This document shows, piece by piece, positions 25,201 to 40,200 of a stretch of DNA of 64,000 nucleotides. Source of the stretch: Callorhinchus milii (taxonomy: Eukaryota). The stretch is from positions 36,954,001 through 37,018,000 of the forward strand of contig NW_024704743.1 of the NCBI RefSeq assembly GCF_018977255.1, given 5' to 3'. Numbering within the stretch: position 1 is the first letter of the stretch; each line of letters opens with the position of its first letter. The position numbers were made by a program, and so were the translations under genes. Below the pieces are notes generated by a model. It searched no databases and was not told the DNA's origin. It saw only the letters and a list, made by a program, of their open reading frames with translations.

Positions 25201-28200
25201 AATGATTTTGCACTTTGTAGCATTGATTTCCAGAAGGTTTGAAAATAATTTTATTAGAAGTCTTAATAGCAACAAATTACATTTATATAGTGCCTTTCAT
25301 ATCAGAAGGACATCCCTGGGCACTGGACAGTTAAGGGCTTGCACCTGAGCAGGGGATTGGAATCAAGAGAGTTGGGGAGGCGGGATGTGGCTGAAGGCAG
25401 AGTCAAAGAGGAAGATTTTGAGAAGGGCCTTGAAGGAGGTGAGGGAAGAGACGAGGTGAAGGGATTTGGGGATGGAGTTCCAGAGGGTGGGCGCAGAAAA
25501 GCTGAAGCCTAACTGGGAGGGAAACAAGGAGCAGACCAATGCCCGCTGAACGGAGGGAGTGGGAAGGTTGATATGGTGTTAAGAGGTCGCAGAGGTAGGG
25601 AGGAGCAAGGCCATGGAGGCCTTTAAAAGTGAGGCCGAGGATTTTAAACCCAATCCTCTGAGAACCAGTGGACCAGTGCGAGGATGGTGGTTCACGGAGC
25701 TTGCTATAGGAGAGGAGCCTGCTTACTTCAATTTTTATGTCTTTGCGGCCCCAAATGTTGCTGAAACCCTCGTACATGCGTTTGTCACCTCCCGCTTGGA
25801 TTACTCCAACCCACTTATCGCCAGTCTCCCCTGCTCCATCTCAAAACACAAGATCCAGCTCATTCAAAACTCTGCCTCCCGCATACTAACCCGGACCAAA
25901 CTCCGTACCCACATATCACCAGTTCTTGCCAGGCTCCACTGGCTCCCCATCACTGAACAGATCGACTTCAAGATCCTCACACTCGTGTTTAAATCCATTC
26001 ACTCCCTGGCACCTCCCTAACTCTCCGACCTCCTCACTCCCCAATCCACCACGCAGCACCTCTGCGCGACTGGCACCGGCCTCCTGCTCATCCCTCGCCC
26101 ACTCCGCCCCACCATTGGAGGTTGTGCTTTCAGCCACTACACCCCAAAAATCGGGAACACTCTCCCTCAATCCCACCGCATTGCCTCCTCCCCTCTTTCA
26201 AGTCCCGCCTGAAAACTTTCCTGTTCGATCATGCTTACGGCCATCTCCCCCCAGCTCGGAGTCAGGCTCCGCTACTGTTAAGCGCTCTGAGGCGCTACCC
26301 TGTGTGGTGGGCGCTGTATAAGTGCAAGTTGTTGTCTTTCTAGTGAGGTAAATCCTAAATCAAGTACAGGTTTTGCATCCCTCACTGCTTTATGTTGTGA
26401 TCAGTGCACATTCATTAACATTTGTGCCAGGTGCACATGGACACTCAGGACTATAATCAAGAGTATCCAAACTAAAGAATTGAGCGTTTCAAGTAGGCGT
26501 TTCTCTTCTGTGTCTGTTTTCTCTTCCAATATTAGGTTTGTTGTGCTCATCCTTGTCTACTCATGCCCTTCCTCTATCAGAAGGCCTGCTTTAACCACTT
26601 TGTTTCTGCCCTCTGGAAATCTCTTATGAAATCTCACCGCTGGCACACACCCTCTCACTGCCTTCAAAACCCATTTTTTTTATTCAGTGGGTGTCTGACA
26701 CATGCAGAAGCCCGTTACCATGCTTAAGAGTTGATACTGCTTGACTGATACAACAACTTGCACTTATACAGCGCCCTCCACACAGGGTAGCATCTCAGAG
26801 TGCTTAACAGTAGTGGAGCTTGACTCCGCGCCGGAGTGGGAGGTGACCGTAAGCATGGTTGAAGACGGTGCTCCCTAATACTCGCCTAGTACCTAATACT
26901 AGGTGAATATTATGCGCAGACTGGCAGAGGCAATACTTGGCGACCCCAAAATGTGCATTAGAGTACTGCAAACCATAATCCAACCAGCTAAAACCCCATA
27001 GTTTGCTGTTGAAAACACTGCCTGGAAAACTTTCCTGCTGCTTATCCAGCTTGGACATCCCTTGGAGCTTGCAGGAGCTGAAGAATCTGCCTCCAGTAAC
27101 TAATCTGTCCAAGATTAATTGGATTAATTAACTAATCCGATGAGCCAGGCTGGCTGAGCTGCCATCAGCATCTGTTCTACTGAGACCGCCAAAGAGGATA
27201 GTCTTAATTCCAACATTCTGTTGCCAAGCATATCACCTTGGAGCCAGTTCAGCCATCTTTAAGAACATTCCCTCCTGTCTGTCAAGTTCGCCTACAAATG
27301 TTTTTTTTTTACCGAAACACTATGCTTTACTGAAGCACTTCAAGACATTCTTCACATTGTGGGAGCTACATCAAATTTAATGGATGATTGTTATCACAAA
27401 TGGTGAAATTCCACCTGTGCTTGTGGGGAAAAGGAAGGGAGGAGATGGATTTAACCTTATCAATAATTATAATCAAATGCTCACTGAACTGGTGTTTTGC
27501 AAATGGTCTTTTTTCAATTAAACGGGATCCTAAAAGCGCTCATGTTTACAAGTCAAATGTTACCTTTTAAAAGTAATTGGATCAATAGTGCTAATATTCT
27601 TTCCTGCAAAATTTGCTGTTTTGGAATATTTCTCAATATTGATTAATCCTACTGGATTGTGACCTGGTGACCACAGTGATTTTGTTTTGACAGTATTGCA
27701 GAGTGAAGTACACGACCTTCGAGTCGTGCTGTGTTCAGCTGACAAGGAGCTTATTTTGGTAAAAGACGAATACAGCACTTACAAGCTCAAGCAAGATGCA
27801 GAACACAGCCAGCTTTCTGACAAGCTTGTCGATGTCCATTTACAGCTGGATAACATCAGGTATGATCCGTCAAGTGCTACTAGTGATGTTTTTTGATTTA
27901 GGTGATATCTGTCCTGTACACCAATTGGGTTGAAAATATTTTCATTGTAATCATTTGTCAAATATTTATGGTTTTGATTTTGTTTCTTGTGATTTGGAGT
28001 TTAGGATTGGCTGTTTTCCATTCAGGGGCAATTTCTGTTTCTTTAATCCTGTCTACAATAACTGAGCATTTGAGGAAGCTACTGCTTTCAGTTTGGTCTC
28101 TTTTTACCCCAAAAAGCCATTCTTTAAGGGTAAACTGACGAAAGGGGGGGATCAGTGCAAAATTCAATTCTCTCTTGATTGCACCTCATCCCACCCAGCC

Positions 28201-31200
28201 TCCGGCAACAACGGCGTTCCATTTTCCCAGTTTCTCCGCTGCATTTGCTCTGACAATGCAACCTTCCATGTCAAAGCAACCGAGATGTGCTCATTTTTCC
28301 TTGACCGAGGATTCCCATTGACAGTAATAGCCAAGGCCGTTGACAGTGTCCACCCTATTTCCTGCACCTCTGCCCTCACCCCTTCCCCCCATCCCGGAAC
28401 CGTGATAGGGTCCCCTTAGTCCTCACCTACCACTCCACCAGCCTCAAGATTCAGCAAATCATTCTCCGACATTTCCAGCACCTCCAGGTGACTCATCCAC
28501 CAAACACATATTTCCCTCCCCTCTCCACATTCCGAAGGGATCCGGGATTCCTTAGTTCATTCCGCTGTCAGCACTACCAGCTGCTCTCCTTCCCCTGGCA
28601 CCTTCCCATGCCAGTGCAGGAGATGTAACACCTGCCCTTTCACTTCCTCCCAGACCACTATTCAAGGTCCCAAACACAGCTTCCATGTAAGACAGCGGTT
28701 TACATGTACTTCCACCAATATAGTATACTGTATCCTGCTCACGGTGTGGTCTCCTCTATATTGGGGAGACTAAGCACAGATTGGGTGGCCAATTTGCAAA
28801 GCAACAACAACTTGGATTTATATAGCACCCTACACCCCTGACGGCATCTCAGAACACTTCACAGTAACGGGTCCCGGGGCTCAGCCAGGGAGAGGGGGAG
28901 GAAGGTGACCGAAGGTGTGGTCGAAAAGAAAGGTCTTCAGCCGAGACCTGAAAATAGGAAGGGGGCGAGGCGAAAGGATTGAGGAAGGGAGTTCCAGAGC
29001 CTCGGGGCATAGTGGCTGAAGGCACGGCAGCCAATGGTGGAGCGGAGAATTCGGGGGACAAGGAGGAGGCCAGACCCGGAGTAACAAAGGCAACGGGCAC
29101 TGTTTTGAGGAGAGAGGAGGTCAGAGAGGTAGGGGGGTGCAGAGGAGTGAAAGGGATTTGAAGACAAGAGTGAGGATATTGATGTCGGTCCTCTCTGGGA
29201 CAGGCAGCCAGTGCAGTCTGGCAAGGACTGGGGTAATCGTGGAGCAGTTTGGTACAGGTGAAAATGCAGGTGGCAGATTTTTGAATGGCTTGGATTTTAT
29301 GAATGGTAGTCGAGGGGAGACCAGCGAGGAGGGCATTTGAATAGTCCAGCCAAGAGGTAACAAAGGCATGGACCAGAGTTTCAACGGCTTTTGGACTGAG
29401 GTATTGGCAGAGACGGGCGATGCATCGGAGGTGGAAGAAAGTGGTGCTGGTGAGGGACTGGATGTGGGGGAGAAAGGATAATTAGGGGTCGAACCTGAAG
29501 CCTAGGTTACGTACGGGTTCGAAGAGTTTTAGGATGGGGTTGGATAGGTGGAGGAGGTGAGAGCCAAGCGATTTTAGACGTTGACAAGAGCCAAAGAGTA
29601 TGGCTTCCGTCTTGTCAACATTTAGCTGAAGGAGCATCTCAGAGTGCATCCAGCTCCTGAGGTCTGACAGGCAGGTTGACAGAACATCAGAGAACTGGGA
29701 AACTGAGGTGGAAAAATAGAGTTGAGTGTCATCCGCATACATGTGGAAGTGTACCCCTTGTCTGCGGATGACATCCCCAAGAGGGAGCATATAGATCAGA
29801 AAGAGGAGGGTGCCAAGGATGGATCCTTGGGGTACCCCACAGGTAACCGGGTAAGAGCGGGAGGAAAAGCCGTTTGTGCAGATGTACTGCTGGCGGTTTG
29901 TGAGGTAGGACTCGAACCAGGCGAGTGCGGTCCCACTGAGGTGGATGACGAAGGAAAGGCAGTGAAGGAGGATGGCGTGATCGACTGTATAGAAAGCGGT
30001 GGAGCAGTCCAGGACGACAAGGAGGCAGAGGGAGCCCTGGTCACAAATAAAGAGGATGTCATTTGAGACTTACCCAAGCGCAGTCTCTGTACTGTGGGCA
30101 GGGCACAAACTGGATTGGAGGGGTTCAAAGAGCAACTGGGAGGAGAGGTGTGCACGGAGTTGATTGGCAACAACACATTCTAGGACTTTGGCTAGGACAC
30201 CTTCGTTCTGTACGCATGGTCAATCCTGATCTTCCAATTTCCTGCCATTTTAACTCACACTCCCATTCACAGTCTGACCTCTTCATCCATGGCCTCCTAC
30301 GCTGTTCCAATGATCCACAGCGAAAGCTTGAGGAACAGTATCTTATAATAATAATCCTTGCATTTGATATAGCGCTTTTCATATCTCCTCGACGTCTCAA
30401 AGCGCTTCGCAGACTAAAGTGAATTGACCGTATATTTGTGGGTGAATCGCAGCAGCCAATTGAGCACAGCAATTGTCCCACAAACAGGGGTGGATTGAAA
30501 ATGACTAATTTATTATTGTTTTGTTTTGGAGGGATTATTATCAAGTGTGTGGAGTAAGGAAACTTGCCCAAGGTTTCGCCCTGCCTGGAATTGAACCCAG
30601 GTGTCTCGCTTGCAAGGCGAGTGCTCCAACCACTGAGCTACAGGACTCCACATCTTATCTATCTGCTAGGGACCCTACAGCCCTCTGGCCTTAATATCGA
30701 TTTCAGCAATGTCAAACCATAACAGCTCTCCTCCCCCCCCTCCCTCTTTCTGTTACCAGAAGAGTTATCATTAAAGTCATTACCCCAGGCACTCTTTGCC
30801 TCTCTTTGATGTGTTTCCTGCTCTGCACTATTAACACCTCTTCTCCCCAGTTTTGTTTCAACCCACCTCCACTTTTGTTTTACACCACTATCACCTCTTT
30901 AACCCATCAACTAACACATGCTCTCCTTTGTCTTCTTTTTTGTCGTCCTTATCCTGCCTCTCCCTCCCAACATGCCCCAGTTCTGTCGAAGGGTCGTGGA
31001 CCCGCAACGTTGACTCACTTTCAATTTTTTTTATCTCCATAGATGCTGCCTGACCTGCTGAGTTTTCCCAGCTCTCTCTATTTTTGTTTCAGATTTCCAG
31101 CGTTTGCAGTATTTTGTGTTTTGTTCAATTTTCTCTTTACCTGATAAAATGACATACTTTGGCAGGTTGTTAGATAGAGATGAAGGCTAACCTAAGATGT

Positions 31201-34200
31201 ACAGCCAAAAAAATTGAATGTTACTGTAATGAGTATTTTTTAACACTAGATTGGAACATGAAAAGAATCTGGAAGAAAAGCGTTCCCTCCAAGATGCCTA
31301 TGATAATTTACAAGAGGTTGTTGAGTTCAAAGCACATGAGGCAGATCAACTGTGTGCAAAACTGCTACAAACCAAGGAGGAAGCCGAAGTATTAAGAACT
31401 GAAATGAGTGTAAGAGAAGGGAAAGTGTTTAAACATGTGGATAACAACAAATACAATAACAAATTGCATTTTTATAGCACCTTTCACATTAAGGCGTCTC
31501 AATTTTTTTCAATTAAAACCTACATAAGTAGTCATTCATTTGTTATTATCTTAGTTGATTACGCCCTCAAAATATTCACTTTACAGTATATTCTGTGAAA
31601 CGCTTTGAAACGTCTCAATGACGTGATAAGATGCTATATTAAATGCAAGGATTATTAGTGTAATTTATCAAATATTTTTGTGGAGAAGATTCTGTTTGAA
31701 ACTGCAAAGTATCTTATAGAAAGCAATGGTTGAAGGCTATGCAGCTGCAAAGCATGAGTGTTGTGTTGGCTTTATTTTTATCCTCTGTAAACTGCTAGTG
31801 CCAGAGACCTATTTAATTTATACTGTATTGCAGGCTCTCTTTGCTTTAACGTAGAGATTTTTCCTTTTGAAAGAAAACGCTTTATGGATTTTGTTTTCTG
31901 TCTTCCTTTGTACTTTGGTTGGCGAGTTCATATAGTTGGGACAGTTCAGAGGAAAGATGCCTACAACAAAGTGGCTCAGGTCCCTGTGAGGGGATAAATG
32001 TGGTGTGGTTAATGCAACCAGGATTTTAAGTGAAAAAGACAGCAGTTTACTTTGAACATAAATTAAAATATGCAGACACATTAACATGCTTTTCTGAGAT
32101 CCATCAAACACAAAATATTGCAAAGAATAAACAGTGAATTTGGAGGCTAAGATGGCAAAAATGTTCCAGTGCATTAAAAGTACTGGATGCATATTTTAAT
32201 TCTTGGGTGATCTAGTGCTTGGATAATTTAACAATTTAGGTCTACCAATTTAGGTCCTGAGCTCACAGTCTAGGCCAGTGCTTCTATGGTCTCCAATATA
32301 GCTTTTGACATCCCTCAATCTGGTTCCTGGTAAATGTTTTCAGCATAAAACTAGTTAATTCTTAAAACAAGTGATGTGATAAATATGGATCTAATGCAAT
32401 TTAGGATTGAGTTATAAAGAATGCTTCATTACACTGGGAAGTATTTCCAACCAAAGTTAGATATTTTTGTTGGAAATGACCAATTAAAAACAAGTCCAGC
32501 TTTTTATACAGCTTAACGGGTAAATTGCATAGCTGCATAACATTGGATCCTCACTGAACTCATCTAATTCACTTCCAGTATATTCTGTGAAGTGCTTTGA
32601 AATGTCTGGAAGACATGAAAAGAGCTATATCAAATGCAAGGATTATTATTATTTAAAATTAAGCCGCGTTCATTCAATTCAGAAATAACACATCTTTTGC
32701 TTTCATTAAATATAGCCTGTGATGAAACTTTTAGAAACCGAAAAGGAACGAAATCAAAAACTTGCTTCGCAGCTTAAAGAAGATATAGAGACAAATTCCA
32801 AGTAAGTTTATAAAACATACCCACATAGATAATGTTGAAACAACCTGCACCTTGTAGAATGGGCTAACGAGAGGTAAGATTAGGTTGGCTTTTTTAAACA
32901 AAAGCTTTAAAAAAAGTTCTTTTTTTCCAATACAATTGTCAAAATAATACCTAATTTGTTTTTTTTAAAAAAATCTGAACTTTAGCTTTTCTTTTAACCA
33001 TGTCATTAATGTTTCATACAGGGAACTTTTGAAAGCTTTGGATGAGAATGACCAACTGAAGAAACAATACTCTGAACTGAATGCAAAGTCTGAACAGCAA
33101 GTATGTGAACAAAACCTTTGTGTGTATTTGTTTCTTTCCTCCATGAGACTTTCTACCCTTACAGTTGAGTTTGATATTCTTCTGCTGTGCTGCTGGGATG
33201 GAAGAAGTAGGGAGATGTTGCTATGTTTTATTCTAGGGTTAGGTTTTAGTACAGCTGTCAATCTGTTTTATACAAATGCTCTAGTGCGTTTATGAAACAA
33301 CAATAGTAATAATAATGCTCATTGAGAAGCCTCAAAGCGCTTCAAAGACAATATTGTAAAGTGAATAGATTATTTGTAGACGAAAACTTGACAGCCAATT
33401 GTGCATATTAGTGTCCCACAAACAGTCTGGGATTGAGTAACCAATTTTTAAAAAACAAAACCTTTTTGGGGGATTATTACCCCTTGAAAAGTAATCCACT
33501 AATCGACTAACAACTGGGTTCCTACTGACTGCTAGGTAAACCGCAGCATTTGGAGTAAGGAAACTAGCCTAAGGTTTCGCCCTGCCGGGAATTAAATCCA
33601 GGTCCTCTCCCTAGTGATATGATGTGCAATTAGAAAAAGTTGACAACGAGAAATTACACTAACATTTGATTTCCCCGCCTCCCCATGCTTTTATTTTTTT
33701 GAAGGTGATAGAATTGAAAAATCTAGAACAGAGCTTGGCTGATTCAAGAAGAAATATTGGTGACCTTGAGAGAGCATGCACTGCTGATAAGGTGAGCTTC
33801 TTGTACCATCATGAGGGGGGGAAAGAATGATGCCACGTGTATATATTTGTACAGAATGTTTACAAGTAAAGGCAAATTTCAAACCTTTTCACTTAACTTT
33901 TGTTGTTACTTGGTGAAATAACCTTTTCTGCAAAAAAGCACTACAACAATGTAAGAGAACGTGGATAGGAAAAGTCCCCATGTCCATTGAGCTGACTGTC
34001 CACTTAGAAATGTAACTTCCATTTACTCTCCCAAAGATATGGCTTCTGTATCTTGAAACTACATCAAATTTGGATATTTATTATCTTAAAGGTTCTGTAC
34101 TACATTAAGTCTACTTTTACTGAAAGTACCAGAGCAAGGCAATGAAGTCTGTCAAACCTCTTCAAATGTGGTTCCAAGATTATTGGTTCAACTCACAATT

Positions 34201-37200
34201 TAACCAAACTGTGGTGTGCCTATGAAATGTCTCACTGAATAGATAAGAAAACTGTGACATTTCTCCATCCTTATGAAAAACTGAAATAACCAACTTTTCC
34301 TGTAGCTGTGTAATTGCAATAACATGTCTGTACAGATTTTCAAAGGCCAAAAGATGGCACTGCTGTCTTGCTTTTGTTCTTGTGTTTTAATATAGTTTGG
34401 TTAGCCTGCATTTTTTTGTTAAATGTGCTTTACGTGAGAAAATATTAGTAAATCTGAAGTTTAAACTTTGGAAAGGATTGGAGTCTTGAAAACTTATTGT
34501 TTTTCTGGTGTTTGGATTTTTAAAGTGTTGTATTTTAAAAGTGTTTATTGGATTTAAAAAAAAATGTCAATATTTTAAACACTCAAAGAGATGACTGAAC
34601 CATTGTCTTGGACTAAAATGAGCAGATGGTGAAAATTGAGAATCTGGATCAAGCATTCTGGCATTTGTTGTTTTTCAAATATAGTTTAAAGATGATCTGT
34701 TGATGTAGCTTTCATCTATTCAATCAACCCATTGATCTTTCTACAGGAAGTGGTTACTGTCTTGATGAATCAAACACAAGAAATGAGAAGTTTGTTGAGT
34801 GAAAAAACAGAGGCTGTTTCTGCCTTGACCCAAGAATTAGAGGAGATCAAGGTGAGTATTAATTAACAGACCAGGAACTTGTACATTTTGCAGTTTTTCC
34901 TTATGTTTGCATTTCTTCTTATAACAGATCAATTAACTTTAAGAAGCAGTAACCTCAGTAATATACTTGTGCATCATATCAGTGACGGGATGCAGGCTTT
35001 AGTCTTTGGCTATACCATAAGTATGAACTAAAATGAAGGCCACGTGCTTTACCATAAAGAGAGGGGTAAAATTAGTCTAACTGTACAGCAGCTAGAGGTC
35101 AATTCAAAAGCCAAAGTTAGACAGAAGTCTGGAAAGTTGGTCACCCATTTGTCTTGTCTCGAGAAGAAAATGATGTACACTGTAGAAGATCCCCCCCAAA
35201 ATTTTAAAGTTGGGAAACTGATATTGAAAGGTGACTTAAGACTTTACATTAACCGTTTAATTTTGCAGTTAAAGCATAAAGCTCTTAAAATAAATGTAAA
35301 GCGCTCATTAGTTCTACACACCATTGAGGAATAATTTAGAATTGCATCTTTGGTTGCCCGAGTAGTATTTAAAACGACTAATGCAGTACTCGTGAAGTAG
35401 GCAATAAAATTGAAATCAGCTTTTCTCTCTTTGTTCTTTAGTTGAAGTACAGTTCAGCAGTAGCTGCCAAAGAGGAGAAGATTGCCATTATTGATGAAAA
35501 GCAGAAAGAAATTGTGGAGATGAAAGAGACCATGGAAAGAAAGACGAATTGTTTCAATGTACAGGTCAGTTCCCAGATATTCTCACACACAATGCATTTT
35601 GTGCACTTCAATTATTAACTGCTTAGGTGCTGCTTTGAGTCATTGAATGGAGGAGATTGAATTATTCAAAAGTCTCTTTCAAAGGTGAGGACAATGCACA
35701 TCCATGAATGCTCTAACAGCCACATTAATACTTTAATGCTATCATTTTCAAACGTTGGAGCTATTAAATCATCTTGTGGCTCCAACTCAATCATCTCACT
35801 TCATAGAACCATAGAAATTTACAGCACAGAAGATGACGATTGGCCTCCGATCATTTGGGAGGATTTTGTTCAGATTTTTTTTATTGCTTTCTCAAACGTT
35901 GTTACAGTACACAGTGTGCATCCGCTTATAACAATCTATTGGCAAAATGTTGAACGGTAAATTGTGTTGACTGCTGTTGTACCGTCAATAAACCATGATA
36001 TGTTTTTTTGCAAGATTATTTGAAACAAATGTCTAGAATAATTGATGAAAATGGTGCCAATGAAATTGATTAATCATCCTGCAGAAAGTTTTTCTAGAGG
36101 AAAAGAAAACTGCATTAGTATAAACCAACTAGGCAAGAGTAGGGGAGATAATGAGCTAGAGTGCCCACTACTGATTAAATCCAATCTGCTCATTGGTGAG
36201 AAACAGGTCAGCATCTCTTTATCTGTTTGGTGACCTGAAGGGATGGTAGCTATACTTCACCTTTGTCTATATTGGTCTAGTAGAAAGATGAGTTTAACTT
36301 TGTTTTCACTCCCACTTTCTTACCCTTTCCCTGCACACATTCTCCCTTTTCTGCTGTAATGCTCTTCTCTTTGTGTTGGGACTTGGGCATCTGGGTATGT
36401 AAAATAGGAATTTATCAACTGGTGCTGTGAAATGCGTGTTCTTGCTACAAAGAACATATTGACTAAGTTGATTCACTGGGTGACTGCTATGTATTTTCTG
36501 GGGATGCAAATTTAGGACTCGTATAATTCCTGGACACACTATTTTCATGTACTGGAGCACTCTTATATACTTTAGTCTTGATAAATAAAGTTGTCAGTTA
36601 GCAGTTTAAAATGCAGTAACTGTAGTTTTAAGATTTAAACCTCCTACCGACTGTTAACCTTGCATCCTCAGATGGAGATACTAAGTGAAGACCTAACTAA
36701 TACCATTGAACAGCTTGAACAGTTGACTGAGGACTCCAAAAAGCAAACGGCAATAGTACAAATGATGCAGGAAGAGGTAGAGAAGAAAGAAGCAGCCAAT
36801 CGAGAGCTTCAAACTCAGGTAATTAAAGTAGCCAAAGCACTTTACAGCTGGTGCATGTCCTTTCGGAATCTGATTTCATCTGATTTGTCAATGACGTGTT
36901 TATTACTTTCTCACACTGTTTGGAAATCAATCAATTAACACCCCAAGAATCTCTTTGCATCTTCCCTAATAGGTTCTGTCTGATCCAAAATACAAGTCGC
37001 TCTATTTTTCCTAGTTTCCTGCAAGAACCTTGAGCAGGATCTTCACAAGCTTGCTGCCTGGGGATCCTGCTTATGCCTTTTCTATTCAAAATAGTATCAG
37101 CTGTTAGGAAATATTTATTGGACTTCAAGTCTATTAAATACATTAGAATATACAGCACAGAAACAGGCTATTTAGCACAACTGGTCTACGCCAGTGTTTA

Positions 37201-40200
37201 TGCTCCACATGAGCCTCCTCATGCCCTTCCTCAACTAAGCCTTCAAGCATAACCTTCTATATCCTTTCTCCTTCCCTTAAATGCATCTATGCTATTTGTC
37301 TCAACAACTCCTTGTGGTAGCATGTTCCACATTCCCACTACTCTGTGAAGAAATTTCTTCCAGCTTCCCTATTTGATCTATTTGTGACTATTTTATATTG
37401 ATGGCCCCTAGTTTTGATGTATAAAATTCTTGTATAATCCTTTGGATAGAGGTAAAATATTGGTCTCATGTGCCTTTTCAGAAAAAATGTATAAGATTCT
37501 TTTCAAAATGTGATTTGTGTGGATTTTCCAGCTAAATGAAAAAAATAATGAACTCCAAGAAGCAAGATGTCAATATGGACAAAAAGTCGTGCAAACTGAA
37601 TATGATCCAGATACATCCACCAATATCCTTCCTCAGGTAATCATTTTAATATTAGCTTCTCTCTTCCAATGTTGCAATGCAGTAGGGGAGGGAAATTGAA
37701 GAGAGTTTGAGCTTTGCAGCATCTCACCTAAATGTAATGTCTCACCAGCTTATTATGCCTGGAAGCTGAATGGGTTTCTTGTATCAGATAGCGGCTGAGG
37801 GAATCAAATTCAAGCGTCTTTGAGCGGCATCACATTTTGCAGATCCCTTTAATAGAAAATCTTGTAGACTCCTGTTGTAACACTGGTTCACTTTTTGCAC
37901 GAATAGTGGGTGAGCCCCATTCACTGGGCGTAGGCACAGCTTGGTTTGTGCACCACATCCAGTCCTGTGCTTAAAAAAAATAATGGAGTAACTTTGCAAG
38001 AAGTCACTTTGGTGACTCGGAAATTGGCCTATGTGTGGAGTACAGGACGTAATATCAGTAGCAGCCTTGTGACCCAGAGGTTTCTTTTTGTTAGCATGAA
38101 GGAGTTGGCCGGCACCCAGGAATCAAGCCAAGTGGCTGTATATACGTGTAGTGAAACTAGCTATTGCAATCCTATTATAAACAAATATATGACAGCTCAT
38201 CTGTTTGAGGCAGTGTCGTCATAGACTGGAAAATGGTCAAAAACTGAAAAAGTGAGTGAGTCTCTGGCACTAAGGTGAGCTGTTGGTGAAAAAATCATAG
38301 TGAATGAGTGGAGTGCGCCTAGTTGGATAATAATTGGAATGCTTACCAATGCTTTGTGCTTGTAAGATATGTGGCTTTATTATCCGACTTTATTATCCGG
38401 CTTATCCAGCAGTACCCCAAAACACCCAGCTTACACTTTAGAGTCCCTAATGCCTCAGTTTTTGCGGATCTTTTACCTGTGATTTCCTGGCATAAACAAA
38501 AGGTTTGCTCTGCCTTCCCCGACAGATGATGAATGCCAAAACTGGCAAACAGAAATGTTACTTTTGTGGTAGCTGGAACTGGAAACTCTTAAACACAAGG
38601 ATGTCAGAACCCACCACCAAAGCATTTTTCAGTTTATATGTAATACATATATATTGTATATGAATAGTTAAGTGGATTTTTTCCAACTTCACAGACTCCA
38701 ACAACTCCTAGTTTGAGAATTGATCTGATTAAAATCATAGAAACTCAGGAGAAAGAGTTGAATGATCAAAAGGCATCCCAGGCCACCTTAGAATTCTTGT
38801 TGGAAGAGATGGAATCGGAAAGGAGAGCCAAGAATGAAGAAATTCTTCAGCTCAAGGTACTGTATAAGTCCCATACATTTTAAAATTATTTACATGTTTT
38901 ACTTAAGCAAAGAACATTTTAATTCCCTAAATCTTCAAACTGAATAATGAAAACTTGCTGTTAAAGACCTATTTTGCTATTTAGTGGGACTAAACTCCAC
39001 CACTGTTGATAATAATCCTGCATAATCCTTGCATATAATAATAATAATATTCCTTGCATTTTGATATAGCGCTTTTCATGTCAGGAGGACGTCCCAAAGC
39101 GCTTCACAGAACACACTGTAAAGTGAATTGACTGTATATTTGTGGGCGAACGCGGCAGCCAATTGCGCACAGCAATGTCCCACAAACAGTCGTAGATTGA
39201 AAATGACCAATTTATTATTGTTTTTGGTTTTGGAGGGATTATTATTAGGCGTGTGGAGTAAGGAAACTTGCCCAAGGTTTCGCCCTGCTGGAATTGAACT
39301 CATCACATCATTGAAATGTCTCAAGGCGCTTCACGGAATATATATTATAAAGTGGATTGACTGTCGTGGATTGAGTGGCTAAATTGTTTTTTGAGGAATT
39401 ATTAATCCTGGAAAACGATCCGCCAACCGACTGAACTGGGTTCATGCTTACTGCTAGGTAAACAGGCCTGTGGAGTAAGGAAACTTGCCGAAGGTTTTGC
39501 CCCACCAAGGATTCGAACATTGGTCCTCTCGCTTGCGAGGCGAGCTCTCTAACCATTGCATTACGGGACTCCTCTGTTAAACGCTCTGAGGCACCACCAC
39601 GCATGAAGGATGCTATATAAATGGAAGTTGATATGGCTGACTTACATAGAATATATAGCACAGAAACAGGCCATTCGGCCCAACTGGTCTATGCCGGTGT
39701 TTATGCTCCACATGAGCCTCCTCCTGCCTTCCTCAACTAAGCCTATCAGCATAACCTTCTATTCCTTTCTCCCTCATGTACTTATCTAGCTTCCCCTTTA
39801 ATGCTATTCGCCTCAACTACTCGTGTGCCAGTAAATTCCACATTCCTACCACTTTCGGTAAAGAATACCTTATGGCGCAGAAACACCCACAGAGTCGAGA
39901 ACAAAATGGAGTGTGGAGTCCTGTAGCTCAGTGGTTAGAGCACTCGCTTTGCAAGGGAGAGACCCGAGTTCAATTCCAGGCAGAGCGAAACCTTGGGCAA
40001 GTTTCCTTACTCCACACACCTAATAATAATCCCTCCAAAACAAAAACAATAATAAATTGGTCATTTTCAATCTAGAACTGTTTGTGGGACATTGCTGTGT
40101 GTAATTGGCTGCCGCGTTCGCCCACAAATATACAGTCAATTCACTTTACAGTGTGTTCTGTGAAGCGCTTTGGGAGGTCCTCCCGACGTGAAAAGCGCTA

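Larger units (their letters stand above)
28165..31120 (+). mobile_element. Penelope-like retroelement (RT C-terminus, GIY-YIG endonuclease, 3' region) split by L2 and SINE insertions
   Basis: LD.TSSHP...PFSQFLR..ICSD, CxCxxCxxC linker, [22 protein letters not shown]...SCHFN...[20 protein letters not shown]. Confidence 0.88.

Noticed and set aside
25268..26336. Single L2 with a twin-priming inversion
   Set aside because: Both halves carry their own 3' tails and differ in tail sequence, so they are two independent insertions.
38405..38450. Extra KIF15 exon reading [10 protein letters not shown], resembling human SPKTP
   Set aside because: No suitable donor nearby, and exon 29 (38695-38856) already supplies the homologous TPTTP segment in phase.
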